The position numbers and the translations under genes are program-made. From an uncultured bacterium (GTDB lineage Bacteria > Krumholzibacteriota > Krumholzibacteriia > Krumholzibacteriales > Krumholzibacteriaceae): DNA of 64,000 nucleotides. The number at the start of each line of letters is the position of its first letter. Position 1 is the stretch's first letter. Where the stretch lies: NCBI GenBank assembly GCA_963813815.1, contig CAWFAD010000016.1, forward strand, positions 64,001 to 128,000, given 5' to 3'. Below the pieces are notes generated by a model, which did not search any database, was not told the origin of the DNA, and was given only the letters and a program-made list of their open reading frames with translations. Below are positions 62,456 to 64,000 of this stretch, piece by piece.

Positions 62456-64000
62456 ATGAAGGGCATTTCGCTTGTGTTCTTCATGGTTATATCATGGTTT
62501 TCTCCGGTTCTCGGCCAGGAACAATTTCCTTCGTGGGTGCCATCGGAGGCGGTGCAAGCGGCGAAGGAAGGCTGGCTGCGACAAACCCAATTAAAGAGCG
62601 ATACTCGGTTATCCATCTCATACGGTATTTGCCGTGAGGATCTGTCCAGATCTCGACTTCAGGATCCAAGAAAGATTGTGAACATAGATTATGAGAGCTA
62701 CGAACCAGGTTCGGATATTCTCGCGATGTTCAGCGACACAGTAGGCAGATATCGGAATGGTTTCGGCTTTTCTGTCCATATAGACGGGAGGTGCGTGGGA
62801 ACTGTCATGGTTGCCATGCAGAATCATACATGGATGATTATCGAGATCTCTGGGGGTCGGCAATAGTGCGGTTGATGTTTTCTCCACAATCTACTCTCGA
62901 TATGCCCCGGCTGATGATTTAGTTATCTATTGGAAGCGCGATGGGGCCTTTTTCATTTCAAAAGAGTGCAGAATCATCAATGCATTCTATTGGGATGTTG
63001 CAACTAGGAGTTTCAAGGAGATTCCCCCCGAGGAATATATAATAATGGAGAAAGCGAGAACCATTGAATTCAAGAAATCCGGCTATTTTAGGCGTTGCCC
63101 GCAAATCGGCAAGGAACAGCCCGATAGTTTGCTGGAGCTCACCATACCATTGAGTGCGTCCCTCACTGCTGGCGAGATCGGATACGACATCGAAAGCGTC
63201 TGCGGGGACTGTTCCTGGAAAAGCAACCTCTGCTGGGCGGCATGCGCCGCCGGGGTTATGGGTGCCGATGGGGTGGGTGAACATCAATGCAGCATAGTTG
63301 AGGATGCAAATTTCCTGGAGTTGGGAGAGAATGGCTGTCGCTGCTGCAATGATACGTTTTACACGGACTATTACTGTAATTATATGAATTATTTGTACTC
63401 GTCAGTGGAAGTAAATGACGTCTATGATGTACTCAAATTCCATTCGATAGGTTCGAGACTCGTCTCCGGGGTCATGCCTGCTGATAGCGCACAAACGTTT
63501 ATCCGCGAAGAGAACCCATTCATCATCGGTTTCGCTTATGGGCATTTCGTTCTAGCTCATGGTTACACATATGATCCCATTTTTATGGCTCTCACGCTCC
63601 AATGCATGGACCCCGCTGATGCTACAATCTGGCGAGAAAAAGCTTATTCTGATTGGGTCGATGACGGTTGGTATGAATCGCTTGTTGCAAATATAGATGC
63701 GGGGGTTACCATTTTGAACGACCCAATATGTTATCTTGAATATTTCCACCCCATTCTTGAGTCTGATGGTGTCAGGCTGGAATGGAAGCCCCAAGCGCTG
63801 CAAAATACCGCCTCCTTCTTCCTTGAAAAACGCGACGTGGCAAGTAGGACTTTTCACCCGATAGGACACGTGCCCGCTAAAAACCATGATGATGCATCGG
63901 TGGAGTATTCCTTCCTGGACCCCGCCGGCCGTGCTGGCGATTTGTATCGAATCGTTGAAGTGGATCAAGCGGGGAAACGCGGCATTATCGAAGTTGCCGA
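62456..64000 (+). CDS. Secreted papain-like (C39/C70-like) cysteine protease with Ig-like domain; +1 frameshift at about 62855; runs off the window
   Basis: AAGGAGG RBS and signal peptide. After removing one G from GGGGG (62852-62856) the frame stays open to 64000 and reads SNLCWAAC (Cys codon 63231), GHFVLAHGY (His 63543) and MDP (Asp 63609). Confidence 0.72.

Overview
GC-rich bacterial chromosome segment spanning the replication origin. Left arm (minus strand): dnaA-dnaN-recF-dciA(DUF721)-gyrB (gyrB runs off the window). Right arm (plus strand): rpmH-rnpA-yidD-yidC-jag-mnmE-mnmG-rsmG, two parS sites, then a beta-helix lipoprotein-parA-parB-M23 peptidase-bactofilin operon. Next come hsp20 (sigma54-type promoter) and polX, a HlyD/ABC-2 transporter, two large unknown exported proteins, and a long co-oriented run: MoxR-DUF58-BatA, mfd, three PPIases, an S4 protein, pdxA, ftsEX, envC, holB, PSP1/ricT, metG, a TatD-radical SAM fusion, rsmA, a putative outer-membrane beta-barrel, three related lipoproteins, yibQ-like and pdxJ. 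After pdxJ the GC content drops; this part holds a GT-C-like membrane protein and a secreted papain-like protease that the ORF track misses. A B. subtilis-like unwinding element (tandem DnaA boxes, DnaA-trios, AT-rich tract) lies between dnaA and dnaN. Gene content suggests a diderm of the FCB-related candidate phyla (inference). At least seven +1 frameshifts in six genes probably reflect sequencing errors. No rRNA, tRNA, CRISPR array or transposase was recognised. All family calls come from motif recognition by eye, not database searches. The best candidates for an undescribed system are the barrel plus lipoprotein cluster (54.8-58.7 kb) and the exported protein pair (26.9-31.7 kb).
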